Shown: one piece after another, positions 45,712 through 54,823 of the stretch | Numbering within the stretch: the stretch's first letter is position 1 | How the letters are laid out: the number at the start of each line of letters is the position of its first letter | Origin: an uncultured Gammaproteobacteria bacterium | Lineage (GTDB): Bacteria > Patescibacteriota > Microgenomatia > Daviesbacterales > UBA10151 | Assembly (NCBI GenBank): GCA_964396715.1 | Contig: CAYNFQ010000002.1 | Location: 2,234 to 66,233, forward strand | Reading direction: 5' to 3' | DNA: 64,000 bases | Made by a program: the position numbers and the translations under genes | Notes under the pieces: generated by a model | Seen by the model: only the letters and a program-made list of their open reading frames with translations | The model's database searches: none | What the model was told of the DNA's origin: nothing

Positions 45712-47550
45712 ATGAAAATAAGCGAAGCTTTTCTACGAATAAACAAATTCTCTCCTTTAGTAATTATTGTTGCTTTACTGGGTATAGTTTGGCCTTCAAC
45801 TATTAAGGCTAACTTGTCGCAATGGCCGGCGTTTCATGGAGATTCGGCCCGAACCGGTTTTTCCGATTCCAAAATTCCCTCCTCCCCAAATGTGTTATGG
45901 GAAATAACCACCGGCCAGCTGAAAGAATATGGCGTTGATAATTTTGAAATTCACTCGCCTATAATTGATCAGAATAAGGTTTTTTTCTCCTCTGTCCAGG
46001 TATTTGCCGCTGATTTATCTTCCGGGAAAATTCTTTGGAATTATAAGGGAGACAGGCCGGATTTTTTTGCTGATACAGTCGCTGCAGGAGACGGCAAAAT
46101 TTTTGTCAGGGTGACTAATAGCAGCCTGCTTAAAAATATGTTTTCCGGCTTTATTTACGCTTTTGATGAGGAAACAGGCAAACTTCTTTGGAAATATCAA
46201 ACTAAAAAACAAATTTCTCACTCCAATCCGCTCTTTGCTGAAGGTAAGGTGTTTGTTGGTGACGAGTCAGGCACTGTGTATGCCATTGAGGCTAACAGCG
46301 GTAAGTTAGTCTGGCAAAAGCAACTAGAGGCGTTGTGGATTCATTCTTCCCCGGCTTATGAGCAAGGAGTAATTTATGTGGGAACTGAAACATCAGATAT
46401 AGGAGACGGAAAGACAGGCAGAGGATCTTTCCTTTATGCTCTGGGTGCCAAAGACGGCAGGGTGCTTTGGCGTTTTGAGAGTGACTGGAGGGGTTATGAC
46501 ATGGCTAATTTTATTCATGGCACACCGGCGGTTTTAGATGATGCAGTTTATTTTGGGTCGGAAAACGGCTATTTTTATGCCTTGAACAAAGATAGCGGAC
46601 AACTCATCTGGAAAAAGATTATTACCAAAGGGACAAGGACTTTTGCTCGGGAAGCAGAAGGGTCAGGTCTGGTCGGAGTCTCAACCGCGCCTGCTTTGGG
46701 ATATGGGAAGATTTTTGTCGGAACCTGGGAGGGAAATTTTCTGGCACTCTCACAAAAAGACGGGGCAACTGTTTGGGAATACCCATATGGTACAGAAGGG
46801 ACTGATTCTTCAGCAGTGGTAGCTGATAAAAAAGTTTGCTTGGGTTCACACTATGAATACTTTTACTGTTTTAATGAAGGTAACGGTAAAGTCTTATGGA
46901 AAGAAAAATTAGGCGGGCCTTCAGCAGCTCTGTCAGGTGGAATCTTGGTTGTCCCCAATGCTTTGGCTGGTGAGAGTCCGGGAAGCATTCTTGTTGCCTT
47001 TTCTGATAGGGGCATACCGGGAGCTTCTAATCCAATTGTATCAATATTCTCTTTTGATAACCCGAATTTTCAAAAAGCAGTTGCCGCTATTTTGGGTTTA
47101 GTTTTAGTAGTAATTTTTTACAAGCTGTTACAATCCAGAAAAATTACCGTTAAACAGTTGTTAATTTATGGGGGAATACCTCTGGTACTTGTTGTTGCAG
47201 GATATGTCATTTATTCAAATTACATGGGGTCAAAAAAGACCGAGCAACAAGATGCTTTGATCAAAGAAGGTAAAATTGATCCAGCAACAGGTAGTTTTAT
47301 TGCAAATGACGGTTCACCCAAACATATAGAATACCAAGGCAGAAAATACTTTTTGGATGGAGGTTTCTGCTCCAGGTCAGGCCTAGAGCGTTTTAGTATT
47401 CAAGTCAAAAGGGTCAATGGAGCAGCAGGGGCAGAGGGAGGAGATGGTAATACCATGTATGCTATAGGCAGTAAAAATAACCCCGAGTATATCGGCAGCT
47501 CTAAGGCGAGCGATACCAAAAAAGATTGCTGGAAGGGAGAACCTCAATGA
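45712..47550 (+). CDS. PQQ-like (BamB-type) beta-propeller membrane protein
   Basis: WPAFHGDSARTG; repeated YAxDxxxGKxxW blades; two C-terminal TMs. Confidence 0.88.
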   Translation: MKISEAFLRINKFSPLVIIVALLGIVWPSTIKANLSQWPAFHGDSARTGFSDSKIPSSPNVLWEITTGQLKEYGVDNFEIHSPIIDQNKVFFSSVQVFAADLSSGKILWNYKGDRPDFFADTVAAGDGKIFVRVTNSSLLKNMFSGFIYAFDEETGKLLWKYQTKKQISHSNPLFAEGKVFVGDESGTVYAIEANSGKLVWQKQLEALWIHSSPAYEQGVIYVGTETSDIGDGKTGRGSFLYALGAKDGRVLWRFESDWRGYDMANFIHGTPAVLDDAVYFGSENGYFYALNKDSGQLIWKKIITKGTRTFAREAEGSGLVGVSTAPALGYGKIFVGTWEGNFLALSQKDGATVWEYPYGTEGTDSSAVVADKKVCLGSHYEYFYCFNEGNGKVLWKEKLGGPSAALSGGILVVPNALAGESPGSILVAFSDRGIPGASNPIVSIFSFDNPNFQKAVAAILGLVLVVIFYKLLQSRKITVKQLLIYGGIPLVLVVAGYVIYSNYMGSKKTEQQDALIKEGKIDPATGSFIANDGSPKHIEYQGRKYFLDGGFCSRSGLERFSIQVKRVNGAAGAEGGDGNTMYAIGSKNNPEYIGSSKASDTKKDCWKGEPQ

Positions 47551-48239
47551 TGCGAAAGGAAAAAGGGGTTACTCCGGTTGTGATAGTACTTAGCATAGCT
47601 TTGGTGGTAGCTTTAGCCGGAGTCGGTTATTTTTATCTCCAAACACAAAAATCCGGGTCTTCGAAAGATAATATCAAAACAGCCAAAGATGTACCTCCTC
47701 CCAAAAGGGAAGCGCCTACTCCTTTAGTAGCCCAACCTCCGGCAGACCAGATGGTTTATAAAACATTCAAAAGTGCTGATAGTCAATTCTCTTTTGACTA
47801 TCCCGTGAGTTGGACACAAATTGATATTAAAAATTTGGAAAGTATTGTTCCAAAGGAAATGATTGACAAAAATGAACTGAAAATGCCGCTTCTTTTAACA
47901 GACCCAACAGGGGGGAGACTGGTTTTTAGTACATACCGTTTTGATTCCAAGATGGATCTGGACCAGGTGATGGATTCACTAAAGGCAGATTCAGAGAGGA
48001 TGGGAGCACCATATGAGGAAATCAGCCGTAAGACAGAAGAAGAAAGTCTAGTGGTAGACGCAAAAATAAGAGCAGGCGGAGTTATCGTGATGAATAGAGA
48101 TATTGTTTTTATGGTTGCAGACAGTCCTACAAACAGTGTTTATGTTATTAGCTTAGCATCACCTGAAAATGTTTGGACAAAATTTGAAACGATTTTTGCC
48201 AAAGTTCAGTCATCTGCAAAACTAACTGTTTCGCAATAG
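47547..48239 (+). CDS. Membrane-anchored PsbP/DUF1795-like protein
   Basis: KG-TM N-terminus and FSFDYPVSW motif; ATGA coupling. Confidence 0.6.
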   Translation: MMRKEKGVTPVVIVLSIALVVALAGVGYFYLQTQKSGSSKDNIKTAKDVPPPKREAPTPLVAQPPADQMVYKTFKSADSQFSFDYPVSWTQIDIKNLESIVPKEMIDKNELKMPLLLTDPTGGRLVFSTYRFDSKMDLDQVMDSLKADSERMGAPYEEISRKTEEESLVVDAKIRAGGVIVMNRDIVFMVADSPTNSVYVISLASPENVWTKFETIFAKVQSSAKLTVSQ

Positions 48240-48240
48240 T

Positions 48241-50064
48241 ATGAAACTGAAAAAACTCATTGTTTTGAGTCTCCTCTTATTTAGCTTTTTCTATTCCCCC
48301 GAATCAATTTTTGCTGAAGCCAAAATTGATTCATCTTTAGGCCCTCCGGCAGGCATAATACCTAAACTGCCACAAACTGCCAATGATCCTGAACTTCTGA
48401 ATGGCCGTGTTTATCCTAATTGGGGCCCTCCTTGCCAAAGATACACTTACTCGGTTGTTTACCGCGACAAAGAGGGAAGAAAGCCGGAGTATATGAAGAT
48501 TTACTTTAACGGCAAAATGATTGACATGCAAAAGGAAAACCAAAGCGACAATGATTACAAAAAAGGGGTGAAATATATTTATAAATATGTGCCCAATAAA
48601 ATCGATTCCAACTTTTACTATTTTGAGGCCTCAAATGGGCTGGGGAAAGCTCGCGCCTCAATTATTGATTCACCTGACAATGGCCCGGTACTATTTGAGA
48701 GTGCTTTTGATAAAAACGAAATTGCCGTTGTTGATAAGCAAACAGGTAAAAAAGTGTTAAGTTTTCCTACAGGAAAAGAGTGGATTGGAGGGGTAGCTTT
48801 ATCTGATGATGGAAAGTTATTGGCAGTTAAAACTTCACAGCATGTTTATCTTTTTGATACTTCAAAACCAAATAAGCCTTTATGGCAGTTTAACTGCGAA
48901 CAATGCAGAATTGGTGAAGATGTCAAGGGCGGGGTTGATATTTCCGGCGATGGGTCAAAAATCATTGCCGCTTTTGGGGAAAAGGTGGCGCTTTTTTATA
49001 AATCAAGCAGTAAACCCATCTGGATATATTCCGGCGGAAATTCTTATAATGTGGCCATCTCCAAAGATGGAAAATACATGGCCGCAGCCACAGCTGGAGA
49101 TGAAGCAGACCTTAATGCAAACCTGATTATTTTATGGAATGGCAAAAGCGAAAAACCGCTTTGGCAATACCATGCTGCCGGCAATTTCCATGATGTTTCA
49201 CTGTCTGATGATGGCAGTTTTATCACCGGATCAACCGGTTGTCCGGACAGACGTTTTTACCTTTTTTCTAAAGACTCCAATAAGCCGATAATAAGAACAG
49301 AACCATTAACCCGCGACTCGCCTGTTCATCGGGCAAAAATATCAGCTGATGGAATGCTGACGGCAGTTGGCAGTGAGGCAGATGACGGCGCGGTGTTTCT
49401 TTTTTCCAAAGATTCCAAAAATCCGGTTTGGAAATTCTCAACACCCCAGCGGAGTTCTGTCAGAGCCTTAAACTTTACTCCCAATGGTAAATATATCGGG
49501 GCGGCCACTTTTGGCGGAGATGCCTATATTTTTGACAAAGATAAAAATAGCCCGATTGCTTCTTGGAAAGTAAATGCATCTTTGGGGGGTATAGATATTG
49601 CCGATGATGGCAGTTTCATTGCAACAGGCGGAACCGACAGCAAGCTTCACATTTTTGATAAAAATTCAAAAAAAGAGATAACAATTCCTTTTAGCGAATA
49701 CATTGAAGAAATAGATATTTCGGCAAACGGCAAATATATTGCGGCAGGAACAGGTGGATCTGTTTACTTTTTTGAGACCTACATATCCCAAGACCGGGAA
49801 CAGGTTTTTGACTGCTCAAAAGTAATTGAGCCCACTTCGGAAAGCCAAATGATAGGTGGAGGGAGTTTCGGTGAACCAGGCCAATTAAGTTTTTGGGGAA
49901 GAATTGTCAGGTTTGTTAAAAATTTATTTGTAAAGAGTGAGAACTCCCCACCAGAACAGGCATTTCCCAAAGGCGAAGAAAGTGTCTGCGGCAATGATCT
50001 GTGTGAACCTTCCTTGGGTGAGACGAGGGAAAATTGTCCTAAGGATTGTACAGGTGAAGATTAA
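48241..50064 (+). CDS. Secreted WD40-like beta-propeller protein with Cys-rich tail
   Basis: Signal peptide; repeated VxISxDGxxIAxG blades; CGNDLCE..ENCPKDC tail. Confidence 0.85.
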   Translation: MKLKKLIVLSLLLFSFFYSPESIFAEAKIDSSLGPPAGIIPKLPQTANDPELLNGRVYPNWGPPCQRYTYSVVYRDKEGRKPEYMKIYFNGKMIDMQKENQSDNDYKKGVKYIYKYVPNKIDSNFYYFEASNGLGKARASIIDSPDNGPVLFESAFDKNEIAVVDKQTGKKVLSFPTGKEWIGGVALSDDGKLLAVKTSQHVYLFDTSKPNKPLWQFNCEQCRIGEDVKGGVDISGDGSKIIAAFGEKVALFYKSSSKPIWIYSGGNSYNVAISKDGKYMAAATAGDEADLNANLIILWNGKSEKPLWQYHAAGNFHDVSLSDDGSFITGSTGCPDRRFYLFSKDSNKPIIRTEPLTRDSPVHRAKISADGMLTAVGSEADDGAVFLFSKDSKNPVWKFSTPQRSSVRALNFTPNGKYIGAATFGGDAYIFDKDKNSPIASWKVNASLGGIDIADDGSFIATGGTDSKLHIFDKNSKKEITIPFSEYIEEIDISANGKYIAAGTGGSVYFFETYISQDREQVFDCSKVIEPTSESQMIGGGSFGEPGQLSFWGRIVRFVKNLFVKSENSPPEQAFPKGEESVCGNDLCEPSLGETRENCPKDCTGED

Positions 50065-50477
50065 ACTTTTCCTTTGCGCCTCAAATATTCAAACCAAAGG
50101 TTATAGATAACTATCGGTACTGCCAACACCAACAGTATGCTGTAGTGGCTACGAGAACCTAAATATCCAAAATACGGCAACAGAAAGGTGATATATAAAT
50201 CATAAGTGGCAAAAGCGATAACCAAATTAGTCAGAACTATCTCTTCCCCTTTTGGCAGGTGCTCAAACCTTTCTGTTATCCAACCAAAGATTCTGACTGC
50301 CAAATAAAAAATAGCCAAAGCTATTGGCGCCAGAACCCATAAAGCATTAATACCGAACGTTTCCACCACAGGTCTCCATAAAGGATTACCCTCTGCTCCT
50401 TTTTGATAAGTCAGAAAAGCATCCCAGAAGACAAGGAGTGTTAGCAGTAGCCAGCCGATACTTTTGGGCAGTACCAT
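50061..50477 (-). CDS. Membrane protein (DUF5658-like)
   Basis: DAFLTY..EGNPL motif; four hydrophobic segments. Confidence 0.6.
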   Translation of the reverse strand: MVLPKSIGWLLLTLLVFWDAFLTYQKGAEGNPLWRPVVETFGINALWVLAPIALAIFYLAVRIFGWITERFEHLPKGEEIVLTNLVIAFATYDLYITFLLPYFGYLGSRSHYSILLVLAVPIVIYNLWFEYLRRKGKV

Positions 50478-50524
50478 AATATTCTTTTATTATATCCTAT
50501 TTTGCTATAATTTAGAGTAAACAA

Positions 50525-50640
50525 GTGCCGGTTTGACCTGTCGTACGTCGCCAAAGGCTATGCCGACGGCGCGAGAGAGAGGAGCAACAAGTTGTTCTAA
50601 TTGCTCCTTGAAATAATTTCCAACATAGTCAACCAGGCAC
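50525..50640 (+). ncRNA. Putative structured ncRNA (6S-like candidate)
   Basis: Terminal stem GTGCCGGTTTGAC/GTCAACCAGGCAC, inner stem AGGAGCAA/TTGCTCCT, TGCTATAAT extended -10 just upstream. Confidence 0.4.
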
Positions 50641-50686
50641 CGCCACTTTACACATTTAATTTTTAGAGTTACACTTTAAAAAGATT

Positions 50687-51262
50687 ATGCCCCAAGCAAC
50701 TAAAAAAGTTCAGGCAAAAAAACAGCCGGCTGATACAGGTCCTCTCCACCCCAAAATCATGGAGGCAGGAGAGGTCAGAACCTTACTTTCCTGGGAAGCG
50801 CCATCCAGGCCTTTCAGAAAAAAAGACCGTTCCTACTATACCACCATTGCCATTATTGTCATGTTACTAATCCTGATAGCCTTTCTTTTTAGGGAATTTC
50901 TGCTGATCGGTGCCATTTTGGCTTTAATGTTTGTAGCATATGTTTTGGCCTTTGTTCCCCCGCACAATATCAAATATAGAATCTCCACCCAAGGAGTAAC
51001 TATTGGTAATGATTTTTACTTCTGGCATTTTTTAGATGCTTTTTGGTTTAAGGAAAAAGAAGGTGCAAAAATTTTAATTATTCAGACCAGGTTTAGATTT
51101 CCCGGTCAGCTGATGCTGGTACTGGCGGATCAGGACGAAGAGAAGGTGAAAAAGATTGTGGCTCGCTTTTTGCCATTTGTGGAAGTGCCGTATAAATCCT
51201 GGATGGAAAAATGGTCAGAATCTTTGCAGAAAAACTTCCCGCTGGAAAATATTCACCGTTGA
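50687..51262 (+). CDS. Conserved 2-TM membrane protein (DUF5673-like)
   Basis: LLSWEAPSRPFRKK, two TMs, YRISTQGV..YFWHFLDAFW. Confidence 0.7.
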   Translation: MPQATKKVQAKKQPADTGPLHPKIMEAGEVRTLLSWEAPSRPFRKKDRSYYTTIAIIVMLLILIAFLFREFLLIGAILALMFVAYVLAFVPPHNIKYRISTQGVTIGNDFYFWHFLDAFWFKEKEGAKILIIQTRFRFPGQLMLVLADQDEEKVKKIVARFLPFVEVPYKSWMEKWSESLQKNFPLENIHR

Positions 51263-51325
51263 CTTTATTAAGATCTTTTGCTAGACTAATTATTAGACCA
51301 ATAACTAGACTAATAATAGACTGAT
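51259..51325 (+). promoter_or_regulatory. Promoter with four TAGAC direct repeats upstream of the fic gene
   Basis: TTGACT-N17-TAGACT; TAGAC at 51282, 51294, 51306 and 51317. Confidence 0.6.
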
Positions 51326-51328
51326 TCT

Positions 51329-52546
51329 ATGAATAACATAGCTACACAAAAACCATTTGTACACACCTTTTTATCCCAACTGGTATTTACACCCAGTTTA
51401 TTGCCATTTACCGATGAGGAAATTAAAAAAGTAGATAGTCAGTTAGGGGAGTATGAGCAGGTGTTTTTAAACCCGGATATTGAAAGAAACCTGATTAGCA
51501 GAAATGAATTATTAGCCTCATTTGCCATCTCTAAAGCAGAGAATTCCTCCTTAACCTTACAAGAAGCTAAAGATGTCTATAATGTGATCTTGGCTAACAA
51601 AGAATACACTTTTATCAGTGATAAACTCAAAGCAAATCAAAAACTAACAAGGAAAGATTATGAGAAACTGGAGTTTTTCAATATCGCTAAAACCTTCCGC
51701 AGTTTAAACCAATCGACGCTAAAAATTGATGATGTCGCACCGGATACATTGCGGGATATTCATCACAGTTTAAGTAAAGGGTTAGATATTTTTGCCAAGT
51801 ATCTACCCGAGTTTACTGTCTATAAAGCTGGTAGATATAGGGATAATGATTTAATCAGGGTAGGCACATATATTCCAGCCCCGTACAAAGAAATTGAAAA
51901 AGGCGTAGAGGAATTACTAAGCTGGTTTAAAGAACATAAAACAATTACTGGTGTGGCGCTGTTTCATACTGCGCTTTATGCACTCCATGCCTTTAATAAT
52001 GGGAATAAAAGGGTTTGTAGGGTTTTAGAGCACCTTTTTTTCCGTGATCTGGGTATTAATCAAAAAAACCTTTATAGCACCTCATACTATTACCATAAGC
52101 AGAAAGAGAGGTATTATAAATACCTGTTATATTCCCTTGAGAGGAAGAACCTAAACCACTTTGTTTCTTTTGTCCAGGAAGCACTGGTACTGTCTATGAT
52201 TGATGTGGTGAAACTGAGTCTTGAAGCAAAACGGAATGAGTTTCTTGAAAGACAAGATGCTGAAACCCAAATTAAATCAATTCTTAAGCCATTAATAAAA
52301 CGGTCTGAGCTGCAGTTTAAGAATCTCTTCAAACACAGTAAAGGCAAAATTGCCAGACAAACATTTGTTAATTACCTACAAAGGGTAACTAATGAGGGAA
52401 TAATTACAAAACGGGAAGCAGGTAGAACTACATATTATGGTTTTAATCTCAAGACTCCACAGCCAGAGGAAGAAACATTGAAAGAATGGCTTACGTTTGC
52501 CAAAGAAAGACTCCCCTTTATACCTGATGATATAAAATTAATGTGA
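51329..52546 (+). CDS. Fic-domain protein with C-terminal wHTH
   Basis: HAFNNGNKRVCR Fic motif; ISKAEN inhibitory-helix-like segment; C-terminal ARQTFVNYLQRV..GRTTYY. Confidence 0.85.
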   Translation: MNNIATQKPFVHTFLSQLVFTPSLLPFTDEEIKKVDSQLGEYEQVFLNPDIERNLISRNELLASFAISKAENSSLTLQEAKDVYNVILANKEYTFISDKLKANQKLTRKDYEKLEFFNIAKTFRSLNQSTLKIDDVAPDTLRDIHHSLSKGLDIFAKYLPEFTVYKAGRYRDNDLIRVGTYIPAPYKEIEKGVEELLSWFKEHKTITGVALFHTALYALHAFNNGNKRVCRVLEHLFFRDLGINQKNLYSTSYYYHKQKERYYKYLLYSLERKNLNHFVSFVQEALVLSMIDVVKLSLEAKRNEFLERQDAETQIKSILKPLIKRSELQFKNLFKHSKGKIARQTFVNYLQRVTNEGIITKREAGRTTYYGFNLKTPQPEEETLKEWLTFAKERLPFIPDDIKLM

Positions 52547-52616
52547 TTTCACGGAAAAAATTTAGTCCGGAAAATTGTTTAAAGTTTCCAGCTACAGTAT
52601 AATCTACAGCGTATAA

Positions 52617-52688
52617 GCCCTCGTAGGCTAACGGATAAACCTCGAGCTTGCGGAGTTCGTAATGTGGGTTCGATTCCCGCCGAGGGCG
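52617..52688 (+). tRNA. tRNA-Arg(GCG)
   Basis: GCCCTCG/CGAGGGC acceptor; CGAGC-TTGCGGA-GTTCG anticodon arm. Confidence 0.9.
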
Positions 52689-52693
52689 CTTAA

Positions 52694-52775
52694 GGAGGGT
52701 GGACTGGACGGTAAAGTAATGGTTTCGAAAACCATCGGGCGTAAGCCCTAGCAGGTTCGACTCCTGCACCCTCCG
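52694..52775 (+). tRNA. tRNA-Ser(CGA)
   Basis: GGAGGGT/ACCCTCC acceptor; ATGGT-TTCGAAA-ACCAT arm; variable arm GGGCGTAAGCCC. Confidence 0.87.
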
Positions 52776-52792
52776 CTACATCAGCTAAGTGA

Positions 52793-53017
52793 TTAAAATG
52801 TGGTGGTTTGCGAATATATGGGATTTAACAATAAAATTAGTATGAGAGAAATAACCATTAAAACTAATGGTAGAGAAATAACAATTTTAACCCATGTTGG
52901 CCATCTTATCTTCCAAAACCACATCACGATTATCCCAATAGGATAAAGAAATACCAACAGTAATACTGTCACTAGCATTCTGGTATCTGTAGATACTTCA
53001 TTTTGTGGCTGTGTCAT
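52793..53017 (-). CDS. Small membrane protein
   Basis: LLLVFLYPIGIIVMW..WPTWVK pattern. Confidence 0.65.
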   Translation of the reverse strand: MTQPQNEVSTDTRMLVTVLLLVFLYPIGIIVMWFWKIRWPTWVKIVISLPLVLMVISLILILLLNPIYSQTTTF

Positions 53018-53124
53018 TTAAGTTTAATTATCGATTAAGCGTAACCTAATGTCAAACATGATTTTGTCCAGTAATCTGTAATCAGAATCCTTGACAAGCT
53101 GTAATAATCCTGTAATTATTATAT

Positions 53125-53319
53125 ATGAAACAACTGATTGCTGATGAAGAATTTGTTAGTATCCAGCAAGCTCAAGCTCGTTTAACTAGAATAATTAAAG
53201 AGGCAGAGAGAAAAGGTAAAATACTTAGGATTATGAGAAATAATGAATCTTTAGGGGTACTTATTCCAAATAAAATCTTCTTAAAATTTGTTAAACTTCT
53301 GGAGACTTTATCCGTATAA
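53125..53319 (+). CDS. Phd/YefM-like antitoxin, copy A
   Basis: VSIQQAQARLTRIIKEAE..IMRNNESLGVLIP. Confidence 0.8.
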   Translation: MKQLIADEEFVSIQQAQARLTRIIKEAERKGKILRIMRNNESLGVLIPNKIFLKFVKLLETLSV

Positions 53320-53320
53320 A

Positions 53321-53346
53321 ATGAAAAGAGAATTTTCTGCCAGTGG
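53321..53346 (+). pseudogene. Duplicated 5' stub of the NUDIX gene
   Basis: ATGAAAAGAGAATTTTCTGCCAGTGG (MKREFSASG) versus MKREFSAGG at 54419. Confidence 0.8.
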
Positions 53347-53348
53347 GT

Positions 53349-53750
53349 TTATTTTTCCAGTCTTTCAATTTGGGGAAATTTATCAAAATCCTCATCAAAA
53401 GAATAAATTTGCTTGACTTTTTTCTTCTGCATAAAGACTGCATTATAGGCATCAGTTAAACTAATATTTTTCTCAACATAGTATTCAAAGATGATATCTA
53501 AAAGACCTTTTTGCTCTACAAGCACATTTTCCAAATGAAAAATAGGCAGCAATTTCTCGGCAATTTCTTTTTTGGGTAATTTAATGGAATTTTGCAATAC
53601 AAATACTACCTCAAGAATAGTGGGCCAGGAAATATAAACTTTGACCTCGCCCCTGTCAATTTTTTCAATAATCTCTTCTGCTTTAGGAGAATAAATAGGG
53701 TGATCTTTGAGAATAAACCTAAGAATGATGTTTGTGTCTAAAAATATCAT
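53349..53750 (-). CDS. VapC PIN-domain toxin
   Basis: IFLDTNIILR, ILEVVFVL and SLTDAY..IYSFDEDFD motifs. Confidence 0.92.
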   Translation of the reverse strand: MIFLDTNIILRFILKDHPIYSPKAEEIIEKIDRGEVKVYISWPTILEVVFVLQNSIKLPKKEIAEKLLPIFHLENVLVEQKGLLDIIFEYYVEKNISLTDAYNAVFMQKKKVKQIYSFDEDFDKFPQIERLEK

Positions 53751-54037
53751 CTATTTTTACTTTTTAAATCTCTCTCCACAGCAGCTTCAGGCCAAACCTG
53801 TTCTTCCTTTTTGATAATTTTATAAATGTCATCTGTTTTCTTATATTTAATCCTTGGTTTTAAAGAGCCATAAAGCGACATGATGGAGAATTTTTTAGCC
53901 GGTTTTAATTGAGCTGCTTTCTTGCCTGTTAGACTGAATTTAACCTGATCGCCTCTTTTTAAGCCTAAGGTTCTTCTAATGAGAGAGGGAATTGTGACTT
54001 GCCCTTTTTGAGTAACGGTGGTAAGTTGTATCTGCAT
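53747..54037 (-). CDS. AbrB/MazE-type antitoxin
   Basis: VTQKGQVTIPSLIRRTLGLKRGDQV motif. Confidence 0.92.
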   Translation of the reverse strand: MQIQLTTVTQKGQVTIPSLIRRTLGLKRGDQVKFSLTGKKAAQLKPAKKFSIMSLYGSLKPRIKYKKTDDIYKIIKKEEQVWPEAAVERDLKSKNR

Positions 54038-54077
54038 AGTAATACCTATTTTATAGTAATACTAAATGTTTGTCAAT

Positions 54078-54168
54078 CCTTCAACCCTTCAATAAAATTC
54101 AGGGTTGTCCTGAGGGATTCGAAGGACAACAAGTTCAGGATTGACCCTGAGTGGAATCGAATGGGTCA
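54078..54168. repeat. Nested palindromic repeat (CCTGAG-N5-TCGAA family)
   Basis: GTTGTCCTGAGGGATTCGAAGGACAAC and GACCCTGAGTGGAATCGAATGGGTC; related to 22227, 25058, 25243 and 44967. Confidence 0.75.
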
Positions 54169-54225
54169 ATGGTATAATGCTTGGATGCTTGACAAACTGT
54201 AAGGATTCTGTAATAATTATTACAT

Positions 54226-54417
54226 ATGAGACAATTAATCGCTGATGAAGAATTTATCAGTATACAGCAAGCTCAAGCTGGTTTAACAAAAATAATTAAA
54301 GAAGCAGAGAGAAAAGGTAAGATATTGAGGATTATGAGAAATAATGAATCTTTAGGGGTACTTATTCCAAATAAAATCTTCTTAAAATTTGTAAAACTTC
54401 TGGAATCTTTATCTTAA
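54226..54417 (+). CDS. Phd/YefM-like antitoxin, copy B
   Basis: Near-identical protein to 53125-53319. Confidence 0.8.
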   Translation: MRQLIADEEFISIQQAQAGLTKIIKEAERKGKILRIMRNNESLGVLIPNKIFLKFVKLLESLS

Positions 54418-54418
54418 T

Positions 54419-54823
54419 ATGAAACGGGAATTTTCTGCTGGTGGAATAGTTTTTAATGAGGCTGGTCAAGTGCTTTTGACCAAGCATTCTCAAAATCACC
54501 ACTGGAGTTTTCCCAAGGGTTTAATTGACCCCGGACAAACTTCCGAGCAGGCAGCCTTAAGAGAGGTCAAAGAAGAAGGTGGGGTGGAAGCGCAAATTTT
54601 AGGCAAAGTTGGTTATTCAAAGTATGTTTATAGCCATAAAGGTGAGAAGATCTTTAAAGTGGTGACTTATTTTTTAATGAAATATTTATCCGGTGATCCC
54701 AAGGATCATGACTGGGAAGTTGAGGAAGCTGGTTGGTTTGAGGTTGATGAAGCGTTAAAGCAACTAACTTTTTCTCAAGACAAAGCATTATTTAAAAAAG
54801 CTCTTCAAATATATGGCAAGTGA
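54419..54823 (+). CDS. NUDIX hydrolase
   Basis: WSFPKG..AALREVKEEGG Nudix box. Confidence 0.93.
   Translation: MKREFSAGGIVFNEAGQVLLTKHSQNHHWSFPKGLIDPGQTSEQAALREVKEEGGVEAQILGKVGYSKYVYSHKGEKIFKVVTYFLMKYLSGDPKDHDWEVEEAGWFEVDEALKQLTFSQDKALFKKALQIYGK

Noticed and set aside
50525-50640. SRP RNA
   Set aside because: No domain IV GNRA loop with the conserved CAGG/AGCAG internal loop on either strand
52518-52769. 83-aa minus-strand ORF
   Set aside because: It is the antisense reading of two tRNA genes
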